Of a stretch of DNA of 18,195 nucleotides, positions 1 to 8,151 are shown one piece after another. The notes beneath the pieces were generated by a model that was not told the DNA's origin, searched no databases, and saw only the letters and a list, made by a program, of their open reading frames with translations. The DNA is from an uncultured bacterium (GTDB taxonomy: Bacteria; JAJVIF01; JAPKYR01). The stretch spans positions 1 through 18,195 of the forward strand of contig CBDURU010000073.1 of NCBI GenBank assembly GCA_965369865.1. The letters are read 5' to 3'. A program made the position numbers and the translations under genes. Numbering within the stretch: the stretch's first letter is position 1; each line of letters begins with the position of its first letter.

Positions 1-73
1 GACATGTCTTTTTTCTCCAGTTACGCGGTTGAATCATGCTAAGTGGTGATTAGGGAAAAAAGCACGTGTCCCC
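1..73. repeat. Copy 1 (5'-truncated by window edge) of a ~75-bp element with terminal inverted repeats (REP/MITE-like)
   Basis: Near-identical to 92-163 (one indel plus a few substitutions); ends in GAAAAAAGCACGTGTCCCC, the inverted counterpart of (GGG)GACATGTCTTTTTTC. Confidence 0.85.
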
Positions 74-88
74 TTACATGACGACCCC

Positions 89-163
89 GGGGACATGTCT
101 TTTTTTCCAGTTACGCGGTTGAATCATGCTAAAAGGTGATTAGGGAAAAAAGCACGTGTCCCC
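89..163. repeat. Copy 2 of the ~75-bp terminal-inverted-repeat element (REP/MITE-like)
   Basis: GGGGACATGTCTTTTTTTCC ... GGAAAAAAGCACGTGTCCCC imperfect ~19-bp inverted ends; direct repeat of 1-73 separated by a 15-bp linker. Confidence 0.85.
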
Positions 164-171
164 GAAAAAAA

Positions 172-273
172 TACCGACCGGCATGACCCGCACAACAAAC
201 ATTCCGCTTACCGCTGCTTCCTTCCGGACCTGACGGGATTCACGGCGTCCGCTTGCGAACAAACCGATCGGCA
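172..273 (-). ncRNA. ffs: Signal recognition particle RNA (4.5S / small bacterial SRP RNA)
   Basis: Minus strand contains the conserved domain IV core CCCGTCAGGTCCGGAAGGAAGCAGCGG; ends pair (TGCCGATCGG / CCGGTCGGTA); ~100 nt; followed by a T7 tract. Confidence 0.95.
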
Positions 274-279
274 ATTAAA

Positions 280-308
280 AGTATAAACGGGATTTCAACG
301 TCAGGCAA
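280..308 (-). promoter_or_regulatory. Sigma70-type promoter of ffs
   Basis: TTGCCT (308-303), 17 bp, TATACT (285-280); predicted start ~273 coincides with the SRP RNA 5' end. Confidence 0.75.
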
Positions 309-323
309 GATATTAAAGATATG

Positions 324-346
324 AAAAACCCCGGAAATCCCGGGGT
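324..346 (-). terminator. Intrinsic terminator of the DUF948-YtxH operon
   Basis: Minus strand ACCCCGG-GATTT-CCGGGGT hairpin running into a T tract, 34 bp downstream of the YtxH-like stop. Confidence 0.7.
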
Positions 347-379
347 AGCTGTTTTTTTAAATAATTCCGAATGGAAATT

Positions 380-886
380 TTATTCTTCCGCCGTTTCTTC
401 GGTCTTCTTTTTCCGGGTACGTTTCTTCGGTTTTTCTTCCTCTGCAGGAGCTTCATCACTAGCAAGCTCACCTACTTTTTTCGTGTACCCTTCCTTTACA
501 GCATCCTGGAATTTAGTGCCAGCATCCTTGAACATCGCTATTCCGTCTGTAATTGTAGTTGATACAACTTGGGCAGTCTTGCTCAGATCTTCAGCGGCAC
601 TCGATGCCGACCCGGTTACGTTCTGATATGTCGAAACCGCCTGTTCGCCCAATCCGCTGGCGGCTGTTTTTGCCCGATCGCTAAAGTCATCTGTGACAAC
701 TTTCGCTCGTTCACCGAAATCTGTGGCGAATTCCTTCAGTTGCTCGCGCGTCTCGTGCCCGGCTTTCGGTGCCAGGAGCAACCCGAGTGCACCTCCAACA
801 AGGAGTCCCAGACCGAATCCGGCCGAGAGCCACCTGAAAGCGTCTCCTGCGTAGTCATAGCCTCGATTATCTCTGTTGTCGGTCAT
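380..886 (-). CDS. YtxH domain-containing protein (general stress protein-like)
   Basis: N-terminal TM segment FGLGLLVGGALGLLLAPKAGHETREQL matches the YtxH signature G...G...GLL.AP..G.ETR; 11-aa periodic helical region; SD GAGGAG upstream. Confidence 0.85.
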   Translation of the reverse strand: MTDNRDNRGYDYAGDAFRWLSAGFGLGLLVGGALGLLLAPKAGHETREQLKEFATDFGERAKVVTDDFSDRAKTAASGLGEQAVSTYQNVTGSASSAAEDLSKTAQVVSTTITDGIAMFKDAGTKFQDAVKEGYTKKVGELASDEAPAEEEKPKKRTRKKKTEETAEE

Positions 887-915
887 ATTTCTTCTCCTCT
901 TGTTCTTTCAGTTTG

Positions 916-1311
916 TTAATCTTTATCCGATTTCGTATAAGCGCCCAGGATTTTCGATCCTTCCTGCAGTCCGGCGAAAATCCCTGCCAGTGAATGCGCG
1001 ATGGGTACGATTCCATTCCTGATCGCCCCGGTGGTCGCCTGCGCGTCATCGGTTATTTTCTCAATATTTTCGAGCATCCTGCCAACTTCTAAATTTTTAT
1101 CGCCAAGCTCTTTAACGAGGGGTTCGATATTGCGCATGTTCATTTCAACGTCCCTGAGGATTGGCGTGACTTCCTTCTCTATAGACGTAACTTTATCGTT
1201 GAGGGTTTCAAGTAATTTGATAACCCTGGCGGCAAGCATCCAGAGAATTGCAACAAGCGATGCAAGGAATAGCGTAATGATAACAATCCAAGCAAAATCC
1301 TGGGCATCCAT
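916..1311 (-). CDS. DUF948 (YtxG/YoxC-like) membrane-anchored coiled-coil protein
   Basis: Single N-terminal TM helix followed by coiled coil (LETLNDKVTSIEKEVTPIL); lies upstream of a YtxH-like gene as in the Bacillus ytxGH arrangement; SD AAGGAG. Confidence 0.7.
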   Translation of the reverse strand: MDAQDFAWIVIITLFLASLVAILWMLAARVIKLLETLNDKVTSIEKEVTPILRDVEMNMRNIEPLVKELGDKNLEVGRMLENIEKITDDAQATTGAIRNGIVPIAHSLAGIFAGLQEGSKILGAYTKSDKD

Positions 1312-1369
1312 AATAGCGTACTCCTTGTGTTCAGGTTTCCTTCAACCCCGGCATATTCAGGGGAAAACC

Positions 1370-1398
1370 ATAATAAATATGTTTAGCTATACTGTCAA
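1370..1398 (-). promoter_or_regulatory. Sigma70-type promoter of the DUF948-YtxH operon
   Basis: TTGACA (1398-1393), 17 bp, TATTAT (1375-1370). Confidence 0.7.
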
Positions 1399-1526
1399 AC
1401 GGCAACAGGCGGAATCGATTGCTATCAACCTTATGACGCATGCGACCGCTTGGGGGTTTCAATGTCCCCGCTATATATAATGTCGTATCGGCAGTAAGAA
1501 AAATTAACTTAACCCTTATTGAAATT

Positions 1527-1556
1527 TTGACTAGATTAAACCCGGACTGATATACT
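1527..1556 (+). promoter_or_regulatory. Sigma70-type promoter of dnaX
   Basis: TTGACT (1527-1532), 18 bp, extended -10 TGaTATACT (hexamer 1551-1556). Confidence 0.6.
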
Positions 1557-1617
1557 CGCACCTGTGCCCCTGCCTGAATGTGGGGGGTGTAGTTTGTTAC
1601 AGTTCCTGAAAAAACAC

Positions 1618-3465
1618 ATGGGTTACCAGGCTCTATACAGAACTTACCGCCCGAAAACCTTCAGCGAGGTTATCGGGCAGGATCATATCGTCCAGACCCT
1701 GATTAACAGTGTTAAGCAGGATAAAGTCGGGCAGGCGTACCTGTTCTCCGGACCGCGCGGAACCGGGAAAACCACGGTCGCGAGACTTCTCGCCCGCGTA
1801 ATTAACTGCGAATCGCCCGATAACGGTGAGCCTTGCGGTAAGTGCGGCAGGTGTCATGGTTCGGAGGGTGTTACCGGAGTCATCGAGATCGATGCCGCGA
1901 GCCACGGCTCTGTCGATGACATGCGCCAGCTTGTCGCGCAGGTGAGCCAGGTGCCGCTTTCCGGCGGCATGATGGTGTATATCATAGATGAAGTCCATAT
2001 GCTCTCAAAGGAAGCATTTAACGCTTTCCTGAAAACCCTTGAGGAACCCCCTCCTCATGCGGTCTTTGTCCTGGCAACCACCGAACCCGGAAAACTTCTT
2101 CCGACGATCCACTCCCGATGCCAGCATTTCGCGTTTCACCGGCTCCCCGTGGCAATGGTCGCCGAACATATCAGAAGTCTTTGCGGAAAAGAAAACGTTC
2201 CTGCTGAAGACGGGGCGTTGAGACTGATCGCGAGAGCGGGTGACGGCAGTGTGCGCGACAGTATCAGTGTCCTTGAACAGGCGATTGCATACCAGCCCGA
2301 AGGCCTTACGCTCGAAGGGGTCAGGGAAGTCCTCGGAATTCCGGACCGCATGAATATTCGCGAACTGGGCGGGCATATAATCTCCGGTGATCCGGGTAAA
2401 GTGAGCCCTTCCTTTACAGCAATGGTGGAATCGGGACGGGAACCGGATTCCATACTGAAAGACCTGATCCTTCATTTCAGGGACCTCCTCTTTGCAGTGC
2501 TGGAACTCAATGTGAAGGACCTTGAAGATCTTCCGGACGAGGAAAAAAATATCGTCGCAAGCCAGGTCGACGGACTCGACATGAAAATCATCCACGACAC
2601 AATCGCTTTCCTTGCGAAATGCGAAGGGGATATTAAGTGGGAGGATGAGGCCGCATTACTGGTCGAGGTTTCACTTTTACGGCTTGCTGCGAAATTCGGG
2701 AAGCTGGATAAACAAACACAACCCCTCGAAACGGCGGGACAGGCTGTCCGGGAACCGGCTCCGTCCGGGGAAAAACCTGTAAGTGTAATCCCCGGCACCA
2801 CAAAGGTAACTGAACCTGAGAGGATTCCCGGTGAACGTCCAAGCCTTACCGGTGGAAAATCGCTTAAGACAAGGCGACGGAGGGAGTCATCGGTTGTTTC
2901 AGAATCTACCGCTCCGGCTAAAACTTCCGGGGCTGGTGATTCCCGGACATTCACGGATTCCGAATTGCTCGAAATTCCCGAAGATATCGAACCGTTATGG
3001 AAAAATACCCTTGAAACCATCCGGGAGATCTCGATCGCTGAATATATACTGCTTGCCGAATCAAAGCCGTCGCCCTCCCCGTCCGAGTGGACTGATGCAA
3101 AAAGTCAAACAAGAGGCACATTACAACTGGCCATTAAGTATCCCTACAACCGTGGACTTCTTGTAAAGCTTCTGAATGAGCCTGCCCTGCATAATGAAAT
3201 AACCACAAGGCTCGAAGGAGTTCTCGAAAGGCCGATAATGCTGAAGATCGGGCGCGAACGGGGATCGGGTGACGACGCGGCAGGTGATAGTGAGGCAAAC
3301 GGGCAAAAAAAAAATAACAAAATAAATAGTAAAAGCCGTTCCGGACCAACCCTCTTTAAAGGTGCGGCAAGGGCGGTACCGACCGATCCGGAGCTGAAAC
3401 GGATTCACAATCTGCTGATCGAGGAATATCCGGACTACAGGTTCGAATCGGAGATCGGAAATTGA
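1618..3465 (+). CDS. dnaX: DNA polymerase III subunit gamma/tau
   Basis: Start MGYQALYRTYRPKTFSEVIGQDHI (canonical DnaX N-terminus, so ATG 1618 preferred over 1564); Walker A GPRGTGKT, Zn-binding C-x8-CxxCxxC, EIDAAS, Walker B IIDEVH, SRC arginine finger; dnaX-ybaB-recR synteny. Confidence 0.97.
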   Translation: MGYQALYRTYRPKTFSEVIGQDHIVQTLINSVKQDKVGQAYLFSGPRGTGKTTVARLLARVINCESPDNGEPCGKCGRCHGSEGVTGVIEIDAASHGSVDDMRQLVAQVSQVPLSGGMMVYIIDEVHMLSKEAFNAFLKTLEEPPPHAVFVLATTEPGKLLPTIHSRCQHFAFHRLPVAMVAEHIRSLCGKENVPAEDGALRLIARAGDGSVRDSISVLEQAIAYQPEGLTLEGVREVLGIPDRMNIRELGGHIISGDPGKVSPSFTAMVESGREPDSILKDLILHFRDLLFAVLELNVKDLEDLPDEEKNIVASQVDGLDMKIIHDTIAFLAKCEGDIKWEDEAALLVEVSLLRLAAKFGKLDKQTQPLETAGQAVREPAPSGEKPVSVIPGTTKVTEPERIPGERPSLTGGKSLKTRRRRESSVVSESTAPAKTSGAGDSRTFTDSELLEIPEDIEPLWKNTLETIREISIAEYILLAESKPSPSPSEWTDAKSQTRGTLQLAIKYPYNRGLLVKLLNEPALHNEITTRLEGVLERPIMLKIGRERGSGDDAAGDSEANGQKKNNKINSKSRSGPTLFKGAARAVPTDPELKRIHNLLIEEYPDYRFESEIGN

Positions 3466-3530
3466 ATTTAAATTCCCGGTTGTTAAAAACCGGGTTGAAA
3501 ACAGGAAATGCCAGAAGGAGATAAATAAAA

Positions 3531-3842
3531 ATGAGTTTCGACATGAATTCAATCATGCGCCAGGCGCAGAAAATGCAGGAGAAGATGGCAAAGGTGCAGG
3601 AGGAACTTTCGAACGAGACGATTGAGCATTCCACCGGTGGAGGTATGGTCAAATGCGTTGTAAACGGACAGGGTGAAGTGCTGTCGATCACAATCGATCC
3701 CGAAGCGCTGACCGAGGGCCATGAAATGCTTGAGGATATGGTGCTTATGGCGGTACGTGAAGCACTTGTGAAAGCGACAGAACTCCAGCAGGAGCGAATG
3801 TCGTCGATAACGGGCGGCATGAATATCCCGGGAATGATGTAA
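3531..3842 (+). CDS. ybaB: YbaB/EbfC family nucleoid-associated protein
   Basis: MRQAQKMQEKM...GGGMVKCVVNG...IDP...LEDMV...A motif; SD AGGAG; between dnaX and recR. Confidence 0.95.
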   Translation: MSFDMNSIMRQAQKMQEKMAKVQEELSNETIEHSTGGGMVKCVVNGQGEVLSITIDPEALTEGHEMLEDMVLMAVREALVKATELQQERMSSITGGMNIPGMM

Positions 3843-3888
3843 TCAAGAAAATATGGTGTCCCTGAACCAGAGCACCAGATAAAGATAA

Positions 3889-4503
3889 ATGTCCAGATTA
3901 TTTCCAGAAAGCGTCCGACGCCTCCTCGAGGAACTTCAAAAACTCCCTACTATCGGGCCGAAAAGCGCACAGAGATTAATGCTCCACCTACTGGCCGCTC
4001 CGATGGAGGATGCCCGTGCCCTGAGCGAATCAATAGTCGCTCTCAGGGAGAAAGTCATCCCCTGTCCCGTATGTGGGAATCTGTCGGAGGATGGTCCCTG
4101 CGCGATCTGCACCGATGCCATCCGCGACCTGACCCAGATTTGCGTCGTTGAAGAACCAATCGACCTGATCGCCATCGAACGCGCTCACGATTTCAAGGGT
4201 GTTTACCATGTTCTTGGTGGACGGATCAGTCCGCTGGATGGAATCCTGCCGGAAGACCTCTCAGTTGATAAACTGATAGAGAGAATCCTTGATCCCGATT
4301 CCGGCGTAACTGAAGTTATCCTCGCGACGAATACAGATGTCGAAGGGGATGCCACCGCGGGATATTTAGCGGATGTCCTGCACGAGAGATTTCCGGAATT
4401 GACCGTTACCCGTATCGCGACCGGGCTTCCGATCGGCGGAGAACTCGATTACGCGGACCAGGTCACGTTAATAAAGGCACTCCAGGGTAGAAGGAAGATT
4501 TAA
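3889..4503 (+). CDS. recR: Recombination mediator RecR
   Basis: HhH LPTIGPKSAQR, C4 zinc finger CPVC-x8-CAIC, Toprim ICVVE, YHVLGGRISPLDG, GLPIGGELDYAD. Confidence 0.97.
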   Translation: MSRLFPESVRRLLEELQKLPTIGPKSAQRLMLHLLAAPMEDARALSESIVALREKVIPCPVCGNLSEDGPCAICTDAIRDLTQICVVEEPIDLIAIERAHDFKGVYHVLGGRISPLDGILPEDLSVDKLIERILDPDSGVTEVILATNTDVEGDATAGYLADVLHERFPELTVTRIATGLPIGGELDYADQVTLIKALQGRRKI

Positions 4504-4607
4504 GAAAAACTTCATGAATTCCGTCTACAGGCATGTCGTGAAACAAAAGATGTAATCCTCGATCTCATTCATAGCGTTGCGAATTGCACCAAAATCCCGG
4601 GTTTTCT

Positions 4608-4636
4608 TTGACACATGCAGGATAAATTGTTATTAT
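4608..4636 (+). promoter_or_regulatory. Sigma70-type promoter of rpsO-pnp
   Basis: TTGACA (4608-4613), 17 bp, TATTAT (4631-4636) with extended TG. Confidence 0.75.
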
Positions 4637-4683
4637 TCTCGATTGTCAAAAAAAGAGAGATTTAAAGAAATTGGAGGAAGCGA

Positions 4684-4953
4684 GTGGTTTTCGACAAAGC
4701 TTCCAAGACCGAAGTAGTTGAGAAATTCAAACGAGGCGAAAAAGATACCGGATCTGCAGAGGTACAAATCGCACTTCTGACTAAAAGGATTAATCACCTC
4801 GCAGAGCATCTCAAGACTCACAAAAAGGACTTCCATTCTAGGCAGGGGCTGTTCAAGATGATCGGTAAACGCCGTCGTCTGCTTGGGTATCTCAAGCGTA
4901 AGGACGTGGAACGTTACCGGACGGTTATTGGGGCTCTCGAACTCCGCAAGTAA
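4684..4953 (+). CDS. rpsO: 30S ribosomal protein S15
   Basis: [44 protein letters not shown]; 89 aa; GTG start after SD GGAGG. Confidence 0.98.
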   Translation: MVFDKASKTEVVEKFKRGEKDTGSAEVQIALLTKRINHLAEHLKTHKKDFHSRQGLFKMIGKRRRLLGYLKRKDVERYRTVIGALELRK

Positions 4954-4961
4954 ACCATAAC

Positions 4962-7283
4962 ATGGAAGCTTCTACTCGTCTGGTCAAAGACCAGATAACA
5001 ATCCCATTAGGCGATAACGACCTGGTAATAACGATCGGCCCTTTTGCCGGGCTTGCTAACCAGAGCCTGATGTGCAGGTATGGCGACACCGAAGTGCTCA
5101 TAGCAGTCACAATGAGCAAGGAGCCAAGGGAAGGAATAGATTTTTTCCCTCTCATAGTTAATTACGAAGAAAAGATGTATGCGGCCGGTAAAATTCCGGG
5201 CGGCTTCATCAAAAAGGAAGGGCGCCCGACCGATGAGAGTATTCTCACCTGTCGTGCAATCGACCGCCCAATCCGACCTTTATTCCCTGACGGTATGAGA
5301 AACGAGGTCCAGTGTGTTATTCTGACACTCAGCGCGGACCAGGAACATCCACCGGACATCCTAGGAATCATCGGAACCGCAACAGCGCTGTATCTTTCCG
5401 ATATCCCTTTCCCATTACCGCTGGCGGCAGTGCGTGTCGGGTTGCGCGATGGCGAATTCGTTGTAAACCCAACTTACCAGGAACTCGAGGAATCGGCCCT
5501 GGATCTCACAGTCTGTGCTACATCCGAACGTATCATGATGCTCGAAGCCGGTGGAACTGAAGTCTCCGAGCAGATGATCATCGACGCTATCGAGTTCGGG
5601 CAAGAGCATTGCCGAAAGATTATCGAGGGTGTTGAGGAACTCCGGTCAAGAATAGGAAAAGAGAAGATCGAAACCCCGGAACCAAAGGAACCACCCGAAG
5701 ATCTTGTCAATATGGTTGAGAGTTACCTCGATGAGAACTGGTCGAGAATCCAGGGAATCGACAAGAAGAAAGAGCGGGATACGGTTACCGATTCATTCCG
5801 GGAAGCTCTTATGCTCGAACGATTCGGGGAAGACAAGGAAGAGTGGACCCCGGAAGATATACACGACCAGAAATTCATTATCAGCCTCATCGATAAAGGC
5901 ATCAAGAGTCGGATGCGAAAGCAGATTCTCAGCGAGAACGTTCGAATCGACAATCGTAAACCCGATGAGATCAGAGAAATCTGGAGCGAGGTCGCGACAA
6001 TCTCCCGCACCCACGGCTCGGCGATTTTCACCAGGGGTGAAACCCAGGCGATGACCGTGACCACTCTAGGCGCGATCGGCGACAAGCAGAGGCTGGACGA
6101 CATCGGTGTCGAGGAATCAAAACGGTACATGCATCACTATTATGCAGCCCCGTTTTGCTACGGCGATACCGGATTCATGCGCGGACCGGGACGGCGGGAA
6201 ATCGGTCATGGCGCGCTTGCTGAAAAAGCCCTCAGCCCAATGATTCCTGAAAAGGAAGAATTCCCATACACACTCAGGCTGGTGACTGAAATCCTTTCAT
6301 CGAACGGTTCAACCTCCATGGCTTCCGTCTGCGCAAGCACGCTTTCGCTGATGGACGCAGGTGTTCCATTAAATGAACCTGTCGCGGGAATCGCGATGGG
6401 ACTCATAACTGATGCTGATTCACCTGAGTTTGTTGTTATAACCGACCTTATGGGGATCGAGGATTTTTATGGGGACATGGATTTCAAAGTCGCCGGAAGC
6501 AAAAACGGCATCACCGCTGTCCAGATGGATACGAAAATCAATGGACTGACGCATGAGATGATCGTGGAAATTTTTGAGAAGGCCAGGGTCGGACGTTTGC
6601 ATATTCTCGATCTGATGCTTGAAACGATCGCTGAACCGAGGGCAGAACTAAGCCCGTATGCGCCACGAATTATCACTATTAGCATTAACCCAGAAAAAAT
6701 CGGCGATCTCATCGGTCCCGGCGGAAAAATTGTCCGGGGTATTATTGAAGAGACTGGTGTTGAGATCGACATCGAGGATGACGGCAAGGTTTACATTACA
6801 TCAACGGATGCTGAATCGAGCCAGAAAGCTATCGAGTTAGTGATGGCTATCGTCCACGAACCGGAAATAGACGAGGAGTACGAAGGCAAGGTCGTAAAGA
6901 TCGCGTCTTTTGGAGCTTTCGTGAAATTAACCCCGTCCACTGACGGACTTCTGCACGTCAGCCAGATCTGCGACAGGCGGGTTGAAGAAGTTGAGGATTG
7001 CCTGAAAGTTGGCGATATCATACGGGTAAAGGTCCAGGATATCGATCGTGAAAACGGAAAAATCTCACTTACCAGGAGAGGACTGGAATTTCCCGATGGA
7101 GATCCGATCCTTGAACGGTTGGCGAATGCACCCAAGCGCCCGCCGCGTGATCGCGGGAGCTATGGCGGATCCAGAGATAGCCGTGGAAGCCGCGATCGAA
7201 GACCAGGTGGCGGCGGACGCGATCGGGGTCAGGGTGGCCGTGATCAAAAGTATCGTGGAGACCGGGGAAGTCGTAACCGCTGA
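4962..7283 (+). CDS. pnp: Polyribonucleotide nucleotidyltransferase (PNPase)
   Basis: DFFPLIVNYEEKMYAAGKIPGGF, RREIGHGALAE, SNGSTSMAS, DMDFKVAG, KH (IGPGGK) and S1 (FGAFV...DGLLHVSQI) domains; follows rpsO. Confidence 0.98.
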   Translation: MEASTRLVKDQITIPLGDNDLVITIGPFAGLANQSLMCRYGDTEVLIAVTMSKEPREGIDFFPLIVNYEEKMYAAGKIPGGFIKKEGRPTDESILTCRAIDRPIRPLFPDGMRNEVQCVILTLSADQEHPPDILGIIGTATALYLSDIPFPLPLAAVRVGLRDGEFVVNPTYQELEESALDLTVCATSERIMMLEAGGTEVSEQMIIDAIEFGQEHCRKIIEGVEELRSRIGKEKIETPEPKEPPEDLVNMVESYLDENWSRIQGIDKKKERDTVTDSFREALMLERFGEDKEEWTPEDIHDQKFIISLIDKGIKSRMRKQILSENVRIDNRKPDEIREIWSEVATISRTHGSAIFTRGETQAMTVTTLGAIGDKQRLDDIGVEESKRYMHHYYAAPFCYGDTGFMRGPGRREIGHGALAEKALSPMIPEKEEFPYTLRLVTEILSSNGSTSMASVCASTLSLMDAGVPLNEPVAGIAMGLITDADSPEFVVITDLMGIEDFYGDMDFKVAGSKNGITAVQMDTKINGLTHEMIVEIFEKARVGRLHILDLMLETIAEPRAELSPYAPRIITISINPEKIGDLIGPGGKIVRGIIEETGVEIDIEDDGKVYITSTDAESSQKAIELVMAIVHEPEIDEEYEGKVVKIASFGAFVKLTPSTDGLLHVSQICDRRVEEVEDCLKVGDIIRVKVQDIDRENGKISLTRRGLEFPDGDPILERLANAPKRPPRDRGSYGGSRDSRGSRDRRPGGGGRDRGQGGRDQKYRGDRGSRNR

Positions 7284-7312
7284 GATTAAAAAAGAATTTT
7301 TGAATAATATTG

Positions 7313-7341
7313 CCCCATCCTGAAGGATGGGGATTTTTTTT
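7313..7341 (+). terminator. Intrinsic terminator of rpsO-pnp
   Basis: CCCCATCC-TGAA-GGATGGGG hairpin followed by A and T8. Confidence 0.85.
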
Positions 7342-7562
7342 CGTCCGCATCCTGAAGCAGGATGATCGATTCCATTCCCGACCATTTCTTCTCCATGGGC
7401 CGGTCTAAGACTAATCCCATTAATATTAAATATCGACTCGAATCAGACCCTCCTAAAACCTGCCTTCGCTGGCGCTCAGGCCGATTTTACGAGGGGCCAC
7501 CATGGGAACTCCGGAAATACAGTTAGTTAAAAAATACCTGTTAAGTGTGATTGGTCCAACCA

Positions 7563-8138
7563 TCATTCAAACCCGGCCATAAGTTCTGTGACCTCGGTCG
7601 CCAGCATTTCATCCATCTCCTCTAAAACATCCGCCGCCTTGCTTTCACGCATATTTGACAGGATGAGGCTGGCACGGTCGGCGCCGAGGTTTGAGAGTAT
7701 ATCGGAAGCTTCGGTCGGGTCCATGTTCTCAAAAATCAGTGCTACGTTTGTAATATTCTGGTCGCCTGCCAGGTTAATGGTGCTAAGAAGTCGCGCGATC
7801 TCATCCTCCCGTTCGGTAACCTGGCTTTGGAGGTCAGCCGCCTGCTGTTCAAGAGTCCTGATCTGGGCTTCAAGCGCCATTTTTTCACCATTAATGAACA
7901 CAAGCTGCTGTTTTAAACTATCGACCTCGGTAACTTCCTGGGTGTCCCCAATGTCTTCTTCGGGCTCCTCCGGCAGGAATGTGGCCATCAATGGTATATC
8001 TTTCAAGGCATCCGGCGCGGGAAAAATTCCCGACTTAACAGCTAAAAGATACCCAAAGACCACAACCGCGATCACGACAATTATCCAGAATATCCATAAC
8101 CCGGCATTTCCGTTCTGTTTTTTCATGGGATGCATCAT
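7563..8138 (-). CDS. YlxF/MotE-like flagellar protein (TM + coiled coil + MgtE-N/FliG-N-like repeat)
   Basis: N-terminal TM, long coiled coil, C-terminal IFENMDPTEASDIL...ILSNMRESKAADVLEEMD typical of the family; position after fliJ as in the Bacillus fla/che operon. Confidence 0.7.
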   Translation of the reverse strand: MMHPMKKQNGNAGLWIFWIIVVIAVVVFGYLLAVKSGIFPAPDALKDIPLMATFLPEEPEEDIGDTQEVTEVDSLKQQLVFINGEKMALEAQIRTLEQQAADLQSQVTEREDEIARLLSTINLAGDQNITNVALIFENMDPTEASDILSNLGADRASLILSNMRESKAADVLEEMDEMLATEVTELMAGFE

Positions 8139-8151
8139 CTTCTTACCTTAA

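Noticed and set aside
1..163. CRISPR array or integron attC sites
   Set aside because: Repeat (~75 bp) is too long and the linker (15 bp) too short for CRISPR; no cas genes in the window; no RYYYAAC/GTTRRRY ends or cassette ORFs
1564..1617. N-terminal extension of DnaX given by the ORF track
   Set aside because: The conserved DnaX N-terminus begins at MGYQALYR (ATG 1618); the upstream GTG lies at the predicted transcript start and encodes non-homologous sequence
2541..2550. A7 run (GAA AAA AAT) in dnaX as the gamma frameshift site
   Set aside because: Short run inside the collar domain; truncation there would disrupt oligomerisation; the A10 at 3305 is the better candidate
3475..3494. Hairpin CCCGGTT-GTTAAA-AACCGGG between dnaX and ybaB as a terminator
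   Set aside because: No U-tract follows; at most an mRNA-stabilising or processing stem within the operon
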